In this document: in pieces, positions 1 to 13,883 of the stretch
Layout: the number at the start of each line of letters is the position of its first letter
Numbering within the stretch: the stretch's first letter is position 1
Assembly: GCF_000002075.1 (NCBI RefSeq)
Contig: NW_004797417.1
Location: forward strand, 1,180,048-1,244,047
Length of the DNA: 64,000 nucleotides
DNA from: Aplysia californica
Taxonomy: Eukaryota
Direction: 5' to 3'
The notes under the pieces: model-generated
Seen by the model: the letters and a program-made list of their open reading frames with translations, nothing else
The model's database searches: none
What the model was told of the DNA's origin: nothing
Made by a program: the position numbers and the translations under genes

Positions 1-163
1 TCTCTCTCTCTCTCTCTCTCTCTTCTTAACATTGTTCTTAACACTTTCTATTATGTTTTTCTCTCTACCATCCTATCTTTTGAGAGTAAGTGAGAGTATA
101 CGAGTCAGTAAATAGGAAAAAAAGAAACACTTAGAAGTCAATTATTTGTGTAGGTCCGTAAGC

Positions 164-748
164 TAGGGCTGGGTCACGAGCGCGAGAACGGAACTGAATC
201 GCCACTCTTGCCTGCGGAACGCGATTCGCGATTCACTTCATCGGAACGCAGAACAGTATCGCCAAACGATTCTCGATTCCCTCCCCTGTCACTGTGACCA
301 CCTTGTGGCTTGTTTAACCTACTGCTGAGTCGAGTCACGAGCGCAAGAACAGAACGGAACACTTAGTATGGCTCCCCTTATTTTACAAAAGATGGTATAG
401 TCCAACCCCCCTATTTAAACAAAATGAACGGGGTCCAACCAATAGACAGAAGGAATTTTATGGGGCCATTGTTTTAGCGAATCATGGGGTTTGGGTGGGG
501 GGTTGAATTTAGGGGGGTCACTAATTGAGGTCAGTTAATAGAGCAGCACAACAAAGGGTGTGGGGCGGAGAGGATGACGGAACAACAAAAATGGGACTCG
601 CCCTCACCGAGTGGCGTTGATATGACACTGTTCCGTTTCAGTCAGTGATCCGCCGCAGTTCCACGAGCTCTCGCGTACTCGCGATTCTTTAAAGCCGACT
701 GAATCGCGAATCGCCACTCTCAAATTTCACGAGCAGGATCTAGCCCTA
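164..748. mobile_element. hAT-like MITE
   Basis: Termini TAGGGCTGG...CTAGCCCTA. Flanked by an 8-bp near-identical duplication: CCGTAAGC (156-163) and CCATAAGC (749-756). CpG-rich subterminal repeats; no ORF. Confidence 0.75.
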
Positions 749-1195
749 CCATAAGCCAGTGTGCATGAATGTGAGTTAGGATGAATATTTATGAATAATA
801 GTCATCAGTGTAAGCTTGTGTGTATGTGTGAGTGTTTGAAAATGTGTGTGAATTTCCTCCTTTCAGTCTCTGTCCGACTACCTCTTAGTCTCACAATCCC
901 ATGCAGCTTCCTGCCAGAAGGACCCTTTAAGAATCTGAGGCAACTTGAATATCACAACATAGTGCTCAGCACGATGGAACCATGGAGTTCAGTATCCCAA
1001 ATTTGATATAGTAATACAGGTATCACTGAAATAAAGTAAGACTTCTACAAACTAATTGGACTGAAGCCCATAAGGAAAAGAGTCTACATTTAATATTTCT
1101 CAAAAGCTGGCAATCTATGAAAAAAATGAAAACCTATTGGCAAGAATAATGCCTCAGGGAATTTATTTTTTTTCTATACAATAGAAACCACTTAC

Positions 1196-4100
1196 GTCAG
1201 ATCAAGCACTTTGAGTGTTGTGTTCACCGGTAGAGCTTTCTGTAAAGCCATAGCACCCTCCAGACCAAATCCATTCCAACTCAAATCTAGAACCTCCAAA
1301 GTGACATTGTACTGAAAAAGAAGAAAATGGGAAAATTTGAAGGAAAAAGAAAATTCATTTACAAAGACAATCTGTGATGAGATTAAATCTTAAATTATTT
1401 ATCCTTGTGTACAAAAGTGGAAATTGGTTGGAGAGAAATGAAAGCTGCAAGACATCGCACAGTGGAACTTCCCAATATTGATGAAAATAAGTTTGCTGGG
1501 GGGGGGGTGATTGTTTTGGGGGGGTTTTTGTTGGGAAGTTTTGTTTGTTTGTTTGGTTTTTTTGGTTCTTTTTTGTCTTAACATTTTTTTTACCTAGCAC
1601 TGCCAGGGAGGGGAGTTGGATGACTCTATCAATATCAGGGGATAAAATGCTTTCCACTTAAAACTTTATTTTTATGATAAAAAGGTGGTCTGAATGACCC
1701 TTTGCTTTGAAGGCAGATAAAAGATATAAATGGAAATCTGACAAATACCATTGTGTTTGGTAGAGTATTAGTTCATAACAAAAAAAAAACATTTTTCAAT
1801 TTATGAAACTCTAATGAAGCTTTTATAAAACAATAAAAAACGCCAATGCAAAACTATGACCTAGAGCTGACCAGTTTACAAATGTACATGAGAGGGGGCT
1901 AGTTTTCAGATTTAAGATCAGCAGGATTGACCTCAGATTGATTTGTTCTAGCAACAGATCATTACCCTTAAACAGTTTACGATGGCAGCAGCTCCTTGTT
2001 TCCGTAGGCAGTTCCAGCTCAGGTCAAGATCAACAATACCTTCATTGACTGACTGCAAAACAAGGAAATCAAGACTCTGCTATTATTACGACAAAAAGAA
2101 ATCAACATCAGGTACAAAGACTGAATAAATATTTCTTCTGCAGTTACGAAACTATAGATATTATCTTAAATCAGTTCAATGTGAGAGAGAAAAGTAACAA
2201 AAATCATATGCCAGTAGCCAGTGTTAAGAAAAAAAGTCTTTAAAAAATAGAAACTCTGTAAAGGAAATAGTATGTATTTGAACACAGAGCAATGAGCCAA
2301 ATAAGTGTTTCAGATAAAGTTGCAAGCTTGAGGTATGGCTACATATCTGTCTTAAAATAGAGAGATAATTTTAAAGCAGCAAACTTCAATTTAATTCCTC
2401 CTCCAAAAGAATCACAGAAACTTCAATGTAGGAACTTTGTTACAACACTATAATGATAGTGCTTTACATCATACCATTGCAGCCATATGGTCAAAAAGAG
2501 CAAAGACAACCACAATGGAGAAGTGCAAAGCTATACAGGATACAATAAGAAGCATTTGAGCTCATGACAGAATGCTCAGACCACAGCAAAATATTACAGG
2601 AAGGAAAAGCAACGTTTAAAAAATATCAAATTAAAATCTTGAAACTCTGTAAAATAATCAAACATCAGCCCTGGTATGATAATTCCAAAACATTAAAAGG
2701 ACAAAAAAGTACAAAATCCCCAACCATCATCTTTCCCATCTTTTCTCCCCCCGTGATGTAAATCATTTGTTTTAACTGTTTAAACTGCTCAAATGCTACT
2801 GCATCGCTAACAACAACAACAACAACAACTATTTAAGCCCTGAGTTTTTTCCACCGTTTCCGGGATTTTTTTCTGTACAGTCACCTAAACCAAGTGCACT
2901 ATGTCTCATTATAACCCCAAAAGCTTGCCTTCAACTTCTAAATGGCAGAAACAAAAGGCATAGTCATTACTTTAAAAAACTTGGTTCAGGAATAGTTCCG
3001 AAAAACAAAGACTAAATAAAACGAAACAGTTGTCACTACTATCAGACGCTGGAGCGTCCAATGGGGAACAGGGTTATTACCGGCAGACGCTCCCAGCGCC
3101 AGAAAGGGTTTAAAGAGTTAATCACCGAACTTTTGCAATGGTTGCAGTTGCCTCTATAATGGTTGAACCTTTCTTTTTACCCAATCGATGTTTCAAGTCC
3201 TCCTCAGGAAAAAAAACAGCAAAGGCCAAAGCCAAAGGAATGAAGGTGTACTAAAAGCTCACCAAAGCACCACCTAAATGGATCCCTCCCATGACTGAGA
3301 ACTCATTGTGGCTCAGATCAAAGCTCATCAAGGACATATTGTTCTTCAAAGGGTTTATAAAATGGTAGGCATCTGTATCTGAAAGCTGATTTCCTGAAAA
3401 TCAAAATCAAAACAACTGTGAATCAAAATATGACCTTTTAAGTTGAAAATATGTTTATCAGAATAAAAAAGAGAATAAGATTGCACTGGAATGCTAAGCA
3501 CAATTTTTAATTTCTCTTTAATGCATAAACCTCGATTTGCAACCCAAATCCCAACCCTTGCTAAAACAGAAGCTGTGAACACAAATCTCTGTATTTGCTG
3601 AAAATGGTGAAAAACAGGTTTCTCTCCAGACCAGTGGTCATGTGTTTCTCCAACAATAAAATAGTACAAACTATTTGGTTCATCCCCCCCCCCCCCCCCC
3701 CAACTTATTCAACCCTTCAGTTCCCATTCAACCGCTTGAAGCTTTCTTTTTTCCACATTCTGTTCACCAGGAGCCTGTGACTAATTTTTTTTAATGCCTG
3801 TCATTACATCTCAGGGGTTGTGTTACCGAGAAATCTGAATCCTCCCCCTGCTCCTTTTTTGGTAGATTTCACACTCCCATCTACTTATTGGCTGGAATAT
3901 CAGCAGGCACTTTGAACACCCCAACTTCCCCTCCCCCTCCTTCCAGCCCTTTTCTCTTTACTGACTTTATGAAAGAAAAGTACAAGCAGCTTTGATAATC
4001 ATATAATAATATTTATTCTTTACCCCATTCTTGCGCTGTGATCAGATTAAATCTATATAATAAGGCATATACTTACATTAGGAAAACTGGTTGTATATTT

Positions 4101-7100
4101 CAATTTTTTTTTTAAAGAAGACAGTGATAAACTAGTGTCTCACTTTTGCACATTTCTTTTTTGATTACACTTTCATCACTAATACTGTGTTAGCACTGAA
4201 TTCAAATCATAAGGCATGTTAATAACAGAGGCATCAAAAGTACATAATGTACTGCAGATAAAAAAAAGGTACCACTTTGTGAATAAAATCTAGTTTTTGA
4301 GTCTTTACAGTTTTTCTCACATGTGAGCAATTCTGAGCACTCTAAAAAGTATATCATGTTATAAAAATAATATTTTGGTGCTCACTTTGGGCTTACCATC
4401 CCAACAAGTAGAAAAATGGCATTTTTCTCCCAACCATGAGGCCGATTTTTCTATTCTTTGTTGGGTTTTTTAAATGAAGTTTAGGTCAGCGTTTACCAAA
4501 AGCCGCAATAACATCTGATCATTGTCACCCATGAAAGATAGCAGGTTTAACTGAACATCAGAGAAATTGAGCCATTGCATGCTCTGCTGGTTTTTGCTTT
4601 TTCCAAGACATTCAACGTCTGTTTTTTTATTGATGTTAAATGTCCTGGCAACAGCAGAAACAAAAACACAATAGTTATAAAACCAAAATGTACTGTATAT
4701 TTAAATCCTAACAAAACAAATGCCCACTGAAGTTTGAAATGTCAATTAAAAAATAAAAAAAATATTTAAAAAACTGAAAAAATTCAAGGAAAATAATCCA
4801 TGACATATCATTACAGTGGTGATCACTTTACCCATTATTTCCCTTTGACCAGATCCAGAAATATTCTAGTCTTGCAACATAGTTCATAACACTTTTTTCA
4901 GCTCAAAACATACCAAAAAACATCAACACCTAACAGTTCATGGATTTTTGCCAATTTTCTCACATAAAGAGGGTGGTCATAGAAAAAAAAAAACCCACTC
5001 TATGCTGAAGCACCATACTAGGTAAATTTGCTGACATTTATCGCATCCAAAGATGATTGAACTCTTTGCCTAATTTTAAATAGAAAAAATTGTTGAAAGT
5101 CCAGAGAATAATAGCCCTTATCTTACTAAAAATGTAGAATCAGACACCAACATCATTCAAAAACAATCATAACAATCCATTGCACATCTCTGGAACTGAC
5201 CGGCAAGGGAAAGCATTTTGAGGGTTGTGTTGACTTCAAGCATTTCAGCAATAGCCTCAGCACCAAGAGACCCAATAACATTGTTGGACAAAGTCTGAAA
5301 CAGTGAGAACATGACAGTGATAGCACAGCACTGTGAATAAACAAAGCATACAGTAAAGGATATGGTTCTAACAAGAAATTAAATTTTCTCATTATTTATG
5401 AGCAGAACTCACTTTCAAAATGTATTATTCAAAAATAGTTTTCTTTTATTTTTTATTCAAAATTTGTTGGCCTTTTTTATAGTATATTGCAGAGTATATA
5501 AAGATAACAATTTGATGCCCTTTAGATATCAGACATGAAGTTAATGAAAAAGAAAGACATATTTTCAATATATCTCAGAGGCCCTAAATCTATCAAAGGG
5601 TATTCAAATTCTCAACTCCCACAAAAGTATCATGGGAATAACCACACTACGAAAAGAAAATAACTCACCAGTGACGTAATGAAATGGTTTTCTTTCAGCA
5701 TATTTGCAATATAACATGTACCAGAACTCTCAATGTAGTTATCACCTAGGTCCAGGTTTTCTGTTACAGTGTTGTGCTGAAAACAGAGAAAAGGACATTT
5801 TCTTCCTTTTTGTTCTATTAAATACAAATGAAAACATACTGTTCCTCCACATTTCTATTATATCTTCTAAGTATTTCTATTTGGTATTTCAGACAGGATT
5901 TTTTTTCAACAAACTGTTTCATATCAAGGTCATGGCAATAAAATGTATGAACCATTGCTAAAAACAATTTTTTAATCTATGTGTGTTTGGAGGGGGGGGC
6001 ACAAATATAACAGTTTCATCATGCTGTAGATGACAGAACAATACTTTGCACCACAGTAAAGTAACCATGACAAATAAATACATCGATAACTTTGATAAAG
6101 AAGAGGAATTGATAATGCAGTATTGAATAAAGTGATGAAGATGACAAAGTCATGATGAAAAATAAATTGAAGCCATGATTATCAAAAGCTGGAAGAAAGA
6201 TTAGGATTTTAAAAATCTACAAGCAATAAAGAAATCAGAGGAAAGAGGAAAGAATAAACAGAATAACCAGTTGCCCCCTCCCATCACCTAGTAAAAAAAC
6301 TGCAAACAAAAGACATTACAAGACCTTACTGAGAAGGACGAGAAATATATATCAAAGCTACACTATAAAAAGTATACCTTAAATGCCAGAGCAAGGGGTT
6401 TTGTCGCTGTTCCTCCAAGATATCTGTGCCTCATTCTCACATTACGCTCCCCAATGTGACGGCACAGATATGACACTGGTATAAATCCTACAACATTTAT
6501 AAAAAATCATCAGCTTTGAAGATACTACAAGAATTTTGTTTTCATGAAATAAAGGAATATTTCATCTCGATAAATCTGTATGTCTGAATCAGTCTTCTTA
6601 TCTCAGATAGTCCTCATTTTTTTAGACAATCTCTCTATTTCAGGCAAGCTTTATATCTCTATAATTCTCTTCATAACCATACAACTTTCCCATTTAATGT
6701 CTGCAAAAGAACTTGGGAGCTCGACTGATTGGCAAATTTAGACGTGGTAAATACTCATGTCTCTCTTTTAAATTCCATTGAAGAGATGAGGGGGGGGGGG
6801 GGGGGGGTAAATATTTCAGAATGTTTAATGAACACAGTATCACTCCTTGTCCTTATATACACCGCCAAAAGTCCAACTCACTACCTCTGAACAGCAAAGT
6901 GCCAGTATCTAAATAAAAAGAGGACTAATTTAGAGGCCAATAACTTTGTCCTCTTTGGACCAACTTCAACAAAACTTGAAACAAATTATATTTAACCAAA
7001 GGAAAATCAAGTTTATCAATATGAAGAAAGTCATTATATTTGAGAATTATCAGGGTTATTTTTATTTCAACTATCCAACAATTAAACAATCTCAAACCAT

Positions 7101-10100
7101 GGTCTAACGAAAAAGAGTACAAAATTTAAGGAAGAAGTTGGACCTTATAACAGCCTCAATTCTGAGAACTGTTAAGAATCTATTTATCAACTGATTCACT
7201 GAGATCCTTTGATTTTCCAACTCTATTTCACCCATCAAAATAACATGTGGCACGACATTGTGGAATCAGGCACTCGCCAATTTTGGGGAAAATAGGGATA
7301 TTGGTGTCATCTGAAAGCCTGTTCATTTGGTGAAAAATATATCCATCTATGTTGATTAGAAGTCGAGATATTTGCAATTGAAGGAGGGGAGGGTTGCCTG
7401 GTTTCAGAGGTAAAATTAAGGAGAAAATGGCCGCCAAAGTTTGGAAACTTCCATAGCTTGACAGTCTTTGGAAACTGAAAATTTTAATTTTTTGTGCCTT
7501 TAATTCATGTTTTTCTTTTAAAAATCCCACACAGCGCCGAATCAGCGGTCGTTTAGTTTCGCCAGGGCGTGACCGGGGTCAGCTGCCGGTCAGTCTACCT
7601 GCGCTCACTCCACGCGCGGAGTTACATACCACAGCAATTTTACACAGTTTTGTTTCAACGCTCACGAATGAAAGCAGGGTTATCAATATACACATAGTGT
7701 TCCATCTTTGAGTTTCTTCTTTCAATGTACAGTTTGTGAAAACGCAACGAAGATATCTAGTATAGTTTTTTAACTGCATGTGATCAAATACAGCCGTTTT
7801 ATATGTGGTAATCAAGGAAATATGCACCGAATTAAAAGTTATGTAACTACCAAAGTGCGGGAATAAATTCACTAAAACTCGCTCAGAATAAAGACAATTA
7901 ATGTGGGTATCTACTTACCAAAGGACACCGTTGTTGGAAGATTAGTAATCCACATTTTTGTCTTTTCGTTCAACAGCCAAATTCGTAGGGGCTTGTGATG
8001 AAATTCTCATTACAGTATCCTTCATTAAATTCATGACACAGATCTCTTTACACAGCTTATCTATGGCGCCCTGGTTGTTTTCTCGGTGCCTGCAATGAAG
8101 ATGCTCTCTGGAGCAAATTAATGTGCGTTCATAACGTATCGTAGTTTTTCCGTATTGTTTACGATGCCTTGAACCCACTTTTCAATTTTTAAAATAGACT
8201 GGTGTCAGCTTTCGGTTCCTTTTCTCCCAGCGGGCCCAAGCCAAAGCCATGTTGTGTAATGGATGGAATGCAGTGTTGTTCTAAATTGCGCTGTTTGGGG
8301 ATTTACTTTTTTGGAAAATGTTTTCTGTACAGCTTCATGTACGTGTCTATTGCTGTCTGAATTCCTGGAATAGAGGTTTTCTGAATAGGTGCAATGTGTG
8401 AGTTGTCATTATGAATTTGACTGTATTACTATGCTTGGTTGAGAGAGTCGAAAATCAAACCTATAGTGTGCGCTTTGTCAACAATGATTGGATGATAAAA
8501 TATCCCTTGGCAGTGACTCATATTATTAAGTCCGAGCCTTTCTTATCAGCCTCTGTTGTACTTTAGTCACGTTCTTATTAAACGCGACAAAGTTCATTCA
8601 GAGAGGAGGAACGGGAAAGTCTCCCGTGTGTGTGTTCCATACGGAGATTTCAGTAAACCTGTTAGAAATGAATCACGGGCAAATGGATTCTACCTCATAT
8701 CGTAACACGGCTCAATCAACGAAGATGAAATTTATACACATTAAGCACAAATATATCTGCCTTTCATAGAAACAACAAACTATGAAATTAACGGAGAAGT
8801 GTTGAACTTAAAACAGCATAGAATCCAGAATACGCAATTGCACGGGTCAATTAAAAAGGCACTGGATGAGAATCAGATGTAAGCGACTTAATATTGCAAG
8901 AACTATTCTTCAAACAATGATGAAAATTATACACGTACAGCACAAATATGTCATCAGTGCATGCACCAAAATTTGTTGAGATTGAGCGAGCACTTTGGAA
9001 ATTAAAAGTGAATTAAGTGCAGCACACACAGATTAAATTATATGAAAATCAGAACATTTTGCACACTCTGTAGCATAGGCACATATCGTCGCATTGAGAT
9101 CGGGTTTTCGCAGACTGAGAGGGGGAATCTTGCTCTTTTCTTATTGTATGGAATAATTCGTGGTTAGAGTGAGGATACTGCCGATAATTAGTGTCAAAAG
9201 TGTCGATTACGCCATGACCTGCCCGCCTGTAGCTGATGCGCAACGGAGCGGCCAGAGACCCCCGCGTAACCCGGCACGGAGCGGTTCCGACGGTGATTTA
9301 ATGACTTCCAGATATGTCGCTGGCCTGGGAAACTAAGAGGCACGATTTCGGCCTGTTTTCGGCGCTGTGCCCACAGAAATGTGTTTTTTAAATAGAAATA
9401 ATAGGTCTGGAGCCAAAAAAAAAGAGAGTTAAATAGGCCTAAAAATTGTCCAGAGGCAGGAAAAATGACGGTTTCTTTGATTGTATTATTTTGACGAGCA
9501 CCTGATTCCATCACGATGCCTCACATATGTTTGCAATGTCATCTGTTCATTACCCATGCAATTGAAAGCTGAAAGGCAGGTTCTACCTTGAAAGTATTAT
9601 TTTGAAAGGGAACACAAGCATATTATTGTGTGCCACCATCATGGAGCACTGACACTATTGGCACTTTGGTATTGGTTTATAAGTGAAAAAAAAAAAGTAG
9701 GCTTACATTACAAAACTTTTTATTTATCTATCTATTTTACAACAATTCTCTGCATACAAAAATTTGATAAGCTTCTGCTGGTTACCACTTTCAATGAGCT
9801 GAACATCCAAAACAGGTATGTAGCTTCAAAGAGTCAATAATTAAAATAGATGTACTCAAAGCATTCAGTTCATAATAAATAAAGACACATTGGGTTTGGG
9901 ATTGTGCCTCCAACAATGAAATCGATCAAATGAAGAAGTGATAGCTTGCCATGGGAGGCTTATTACCGGGTTTTACTCTTACAAGTCATAAAGCCCTGCT
10001 TTGTTGCAACAAGCTTAGTTTAAGATAAATGTAAACATTAGCATTTATACAATTTAAAAAATAGGTTTCAAGCTACTAGCATGTACATACTACACCGACT

Positions 10101-12850
10101 AAATTTTAAGGAAAGATTGAGGATTTGATATATGAGGACACAATTGTAGAATGCACTTGTAGATACTTTTGATTAATGATTAAAAAGCAGAAAGAAACAA
10201 CAACAATGCAGCATCTAGCTAGTAGACGAACTGGGAGGTTTAAGACTTCACAAAGTTAGCACTGTGTCCATGTAGGTATGAGGAGAGAATAGCATAAGAT
10301 TTTTCTTAGAAAGGATCTTAAGTTGTCATAACTCTGATCCAAAATTAGATTGAAGAACCTACAGTCCATTACCCTTGATTTTTCGTAGGGCAATAGAAAA
10401 GAAAAAATCGAAAAAATTTGATTATAAAATTATTATAATTGTACCATGTCTCCGACACTGCTCCTCATACTCAAGTCTCCCTGTGGCATCCAGCTGTGTG
10501 CTCATAGGAGCTGAAAAATATTCAAAATAAATAGATCTAGTAAGTTAAATTCCTGAAGTGATACACTTAGATTAGTATCTAGATGCAAATTTTTTTTAAA
10601 AACATAACAGCATACAATATTGTTCCAATTTTGTGATTGCTATTCACTTCTGCACTTATCTACAAGATTTAATTAACATCAATGCTTCCATTAAGTCTTT
10701 TAAGATCTAATTCATATGGTGTTTGGGTAATAATAACCAGTTGTGGGCCCGATCTATCGGAAACGTCCTGAAAGGGTTTAAAAGTAGAATTCAGAAAATT
10801 TCTTTTAAAACAGAAATCTATGTTCTATGCATAAAATAATGCTTCAATTTCATGCAAGTAATAACCACATGTTTACAATTCTTAAAGAACACACACAAAC
10901 ATTTAGTGACAAGTGTGGTGAAGAAATAAGACTCTTTTGCAACAAAATATAGAAGACATGATTTCCATTCCCAGTGAAGGGAAGTTACCTTATTCAGTAT
11001 CTCTGCCTGTCAGCTGAGATGCTGTATCCCATTTAATCCTGGAAGGCCCTGACAGGCAGGGTCCAAGCAGCCTACCTCCTACAGAATCTAGATTGTGCCA
11101 ATATGGGGTTTAACCCTTTGAGTCCTGACCTCTTGAGGGTACCATGCCTCTCTACCTGAGCTCCTGGGCGATTCATGCGTATATTACCCACATTCATATC
11201 ATTGTCAGAATCACATTCCATAACCCACTCAGGGCAGTCTCCATCATTACCAACATATAATTCAGAAAGACTTTGATATTAATAAATAATGTCTTGCCAA
11301 GCAAACTGTTTTACGCACATGTTTTGTACCAAACTAGGTTGGGGATGTAATCTCTCTCTACAGGGTACTGATGGCTATGCATAAGGACAATTTTATGCAC
11401 AAGAGGTGTACCGATGGTTAGTACTCAAAGGGTTAAGCATTTGCAATTATTTGCAATCAAAACTATATACTCTTGCACCACACACATTTTTTTTTTTTTT
11501 TTAAAGAGCGTCTATCACCTTTGAGTATGAAAGTGTTTAAGTGCATCAAGTTGTGAGCATTGTATTACTTCAAGAAGTTGGAGGGAGCCACGCATCTAAC
11601 ATAATACGTTGACAGTGAAAGATTCTAAATTTAAAAACATTTCACAATAACAAAGACAAAAATACCATTTATTATGGCAGCAATTTTAATATTTTGTTGT
11701 GCACAAAAATCTTTTTCAAACACAAGCGGATATACCACAAAGTATTTCTGGTTGCCGTTTAAGAAAAGAAAATATTATAGACAGATACTCACTCTCAGAA
11801 AGTTCATCCTCAACATCAGTATCAAACTCTTCACTAGAATGAGGAGATCCAGACAGCCAGGTCTCAAAGGACGGGTGTCTGTTTCTTGCTGATTCAGTAG
11901 ACAATGGAGTAAGTTCCGCAGATTCTAGCGCCACTGCTTGAAAAATGGAATATCAATTTAAGATTTATTGCATTATCCTGGTGAACAAAATTTGTCTTTT
12001 TAAAAACATGACTTGAAAACATANNNNNNNNNNNNNNNNNNNNNNNNNNNNNNNNNNNNNNNNNNNNNNNNNNNNNNNNNNNNNNNNNNNNNNNNNNNNN
12101 NNNNNNNNNNNNNNNNNNNNNNNNNNNNNNNNNNNNNNNNNNNNNNNNNNNNNNNNNNNNNNNNNNNNNNNNNNNNNNNNNNNNNNNNNNNNNNNNNNNN
12201 NNNNNNNNNNNNNNNNNNNNNNNNNNNNNNNNNNNNNNNNNNNNNNNNNNNNNNNNNAGAGGCATTAACAGCAATTAGATGGGTGACTGAATGTTTCTTT
12301 TATGCAAGGCACCACCTTCAGTTCACACAGACATTTATTGCTCTGGCCAACAACGACCTAGTATGATGATGTGAAAAAAATTAGAATTCTAAGAAGGGAA
12401 GTTTACTTCCCACCACAAAAAAAAAATCACGGAAATAAAAGTAAAAACACAGGCATAGATCACAAGAGCAGGAAAATCAGGCTATGAGAGGAAAACTCAA
12501 TTCAGTAACTTACCACAGTCAATTTCTGTTTTATTATTCTCTTCCACGATATCAATCAGCTCTGAATCTTCTGGCACATCCTCAATAGGAGTCAAATCAA
12601 AAGGGGAATCAACTTGAGAAGCAAAATCTGACTCTGATGATCTTCCTGTAGCATGTAAATGGGACTTTTGCAAGCTGTGTCGAGCAATGGCCTTCTTATG
12701 ACCATTGACATCACCTCTGCCACGGGCAACGGAGGCTGTGACAGGCCGAGAGTCACCAGATTTGGAGGCAGATGGCCGGGATTTCTTCGGAGCAGCAGTC
12801 AGAGGCCTTAGATGCCTCTGCATCTTTATAGACAGTCTTTCTTTTTCCAT
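1196..12850 (-). CDS. LRRC74-like (RI-type leucine-rich repeat) protein, spliced, 3' end beyond the window
   Basis: Phase-consistent GT-AG exons: 12850-12514 (MEKERL...), 11936-11793, 10510-10445 (RLEYEEQCRRHG), 6487-6378 (FIPVSYLCRHIGERNVRMRHRYLGG), 5776-5669 (NLDLGDNYI), 5294-5201 (LSNNVIGSLGAEAIAEMLEVNTTL), 3393-3263 (FDLSHNEF), 2052-1966 (LDLSWNCL), 1311-1196 (LDLSWNGFGLEGAMAL). 28-aa LRR periodicity; the N-cap resembles LRRC74A/B. Probable non-coding exon 1 ends at 16744. Confidence 0.85.
7530..9369 (-). mobile_element. Internally deleted Chapaev/Transib (RAG1-related)-type DNA transposon
   Basis: TIR CACAGCGCCGAA at both ends; 4-bp TSD CCCA (7526-7529 and 9370-9373); contains a decayed transposase C-terminus on the - strand. 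Confidence 0.8.
8050..8495 (-). pseudogene. Decayed Chapaev/Transib/RAG1-like DDE transposase, C-terminal catalytic part
   Basis: Manual translation: ...IQTAIDTYMKLYRKHFPKK*IPKQRNLEQHCIPSITQHGFGLGPLGE, then a 1-nt frameshift, then GTES*HQSILKIEKWVQGIVNNTEKLRYVMNAH. The (H)x4H...GxGxxGE(Q)GxE layout parallels RAG1 HKTLAH...GAWASEGNE. Several stop codons. Confidence 0.7.
11114..11432. mobile_element. piggyBac-type MITE
   Basis: TTAA-CCCTTTGAGTCCTGACC...GGTTAGTACTCAAAGGG-TTAA: 17-bp TIR with 2 mismatches and a TTAA TSD. Confidence 0.85.
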
Positions 12851-13883
12851 GATGATGCTTTTAACCGTAGTCTCTTGACCTAAGGTTTCTGAAAAGAAGA
12901 ACAATTATGGGCAGTGTAATGGCCTATAGCCTGCCTATTCATGATAGGTCTCCGTCACATAATATGAAACTAAATAAAAACAGAAACTATTGAAATAAAC
13001 GCAGGTGCCCCTGGGGTGGTGTCCTATTCCCAGTTTTATACACCACACCAAAGACTTAATAAGCCTGAACACACAAATGCAGTCAAACTTTGTTATACCG
13101 CCTACCTTGGAATGAGCATGAAGTTGGCTAGTGGTGTAATGAGGTTCTAAAAGTGTCTCAATAGCCTCGCTACCCGACATCAAGGGAAACAATTCTGCTG
13201 TATGATCTTAAAGTGTCTTTTTGCTGGCTATGTATTTAGAGCTAAGAGTTGGAGCGAACGTGTAAGCCCTACCCACCCAGCGAGTGATGATAGTTTAGGG
13301 GGAGAGCTCTGGTGTGAGTGCGAAGTTCAGGGAAAACAAACGTGTCGGTCAGTTCACACCCCGATGTGATCCCGTCTGGGGCAAACATTGTATCGCTTCA
13401 TCGAGTTTTACAACGTGTATGTGATCACATTCACGATAGTGGCTGATCTTCGATGCGACAGAGAGTCTATTGATCTCAACTTTTCACTCTTGGTTGATCG
13501 GCTGTCCCGCCCGGGTTTTTGTTCCGCAAATTAAGATCTGAAATGCGGGATCTTAGTCGAATGTAGACCTTCAGAGTGAATCAGAGCAGGATTTTAGGGG
13601 TGACTTTTGTATAGTAAAAATTCTGTTTTCTTAAAACAGCGGGATGTAAAGCGAACCGGGATCGTAAGCGGTGGGATCTTAGGCGGAGACTACTGTATAT
13701 CAAATGAAAGTATGTCCATTTTCCAGTTCATGTTGAAAGTTTCAGAGGTTTCTGACACACACAAAAAAGTTTTTGTAACTTTGAAATAAGTCACTCAAAT
13801 ACAGGTAAAAAAGCACATACACCACACCACTGGATAAGAACTCTATAAAAAATATTTACACTATGTACAGTTCACAACCCCAG

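Larger units (their letters stand above)
7246..9525. mobile_element. ~440-bp TIR MITE (TGTG...CACA ends) split by a nested transposon
   Basis: Left TIR (ATGTGG...GGAATCAGGCACTCGCCAA) matches the right TIR (TTGACGAGCACCTGATTCC...TCACAT). Removing 7530-9373 leaves ~440 bp, the same size as the uninterrupted copy at 49502-49943 and similar to partial copies at ~22350-22686 and ~58855-59240. Confidence 0.8.

Noticed and set aside
7942-8178. 78-aa ORF as a cargo gene of the CAC element
   Set aside because: It is an alternative frame overlapping the decayed transposase. No RAG2-like ORF was seen in the element either.
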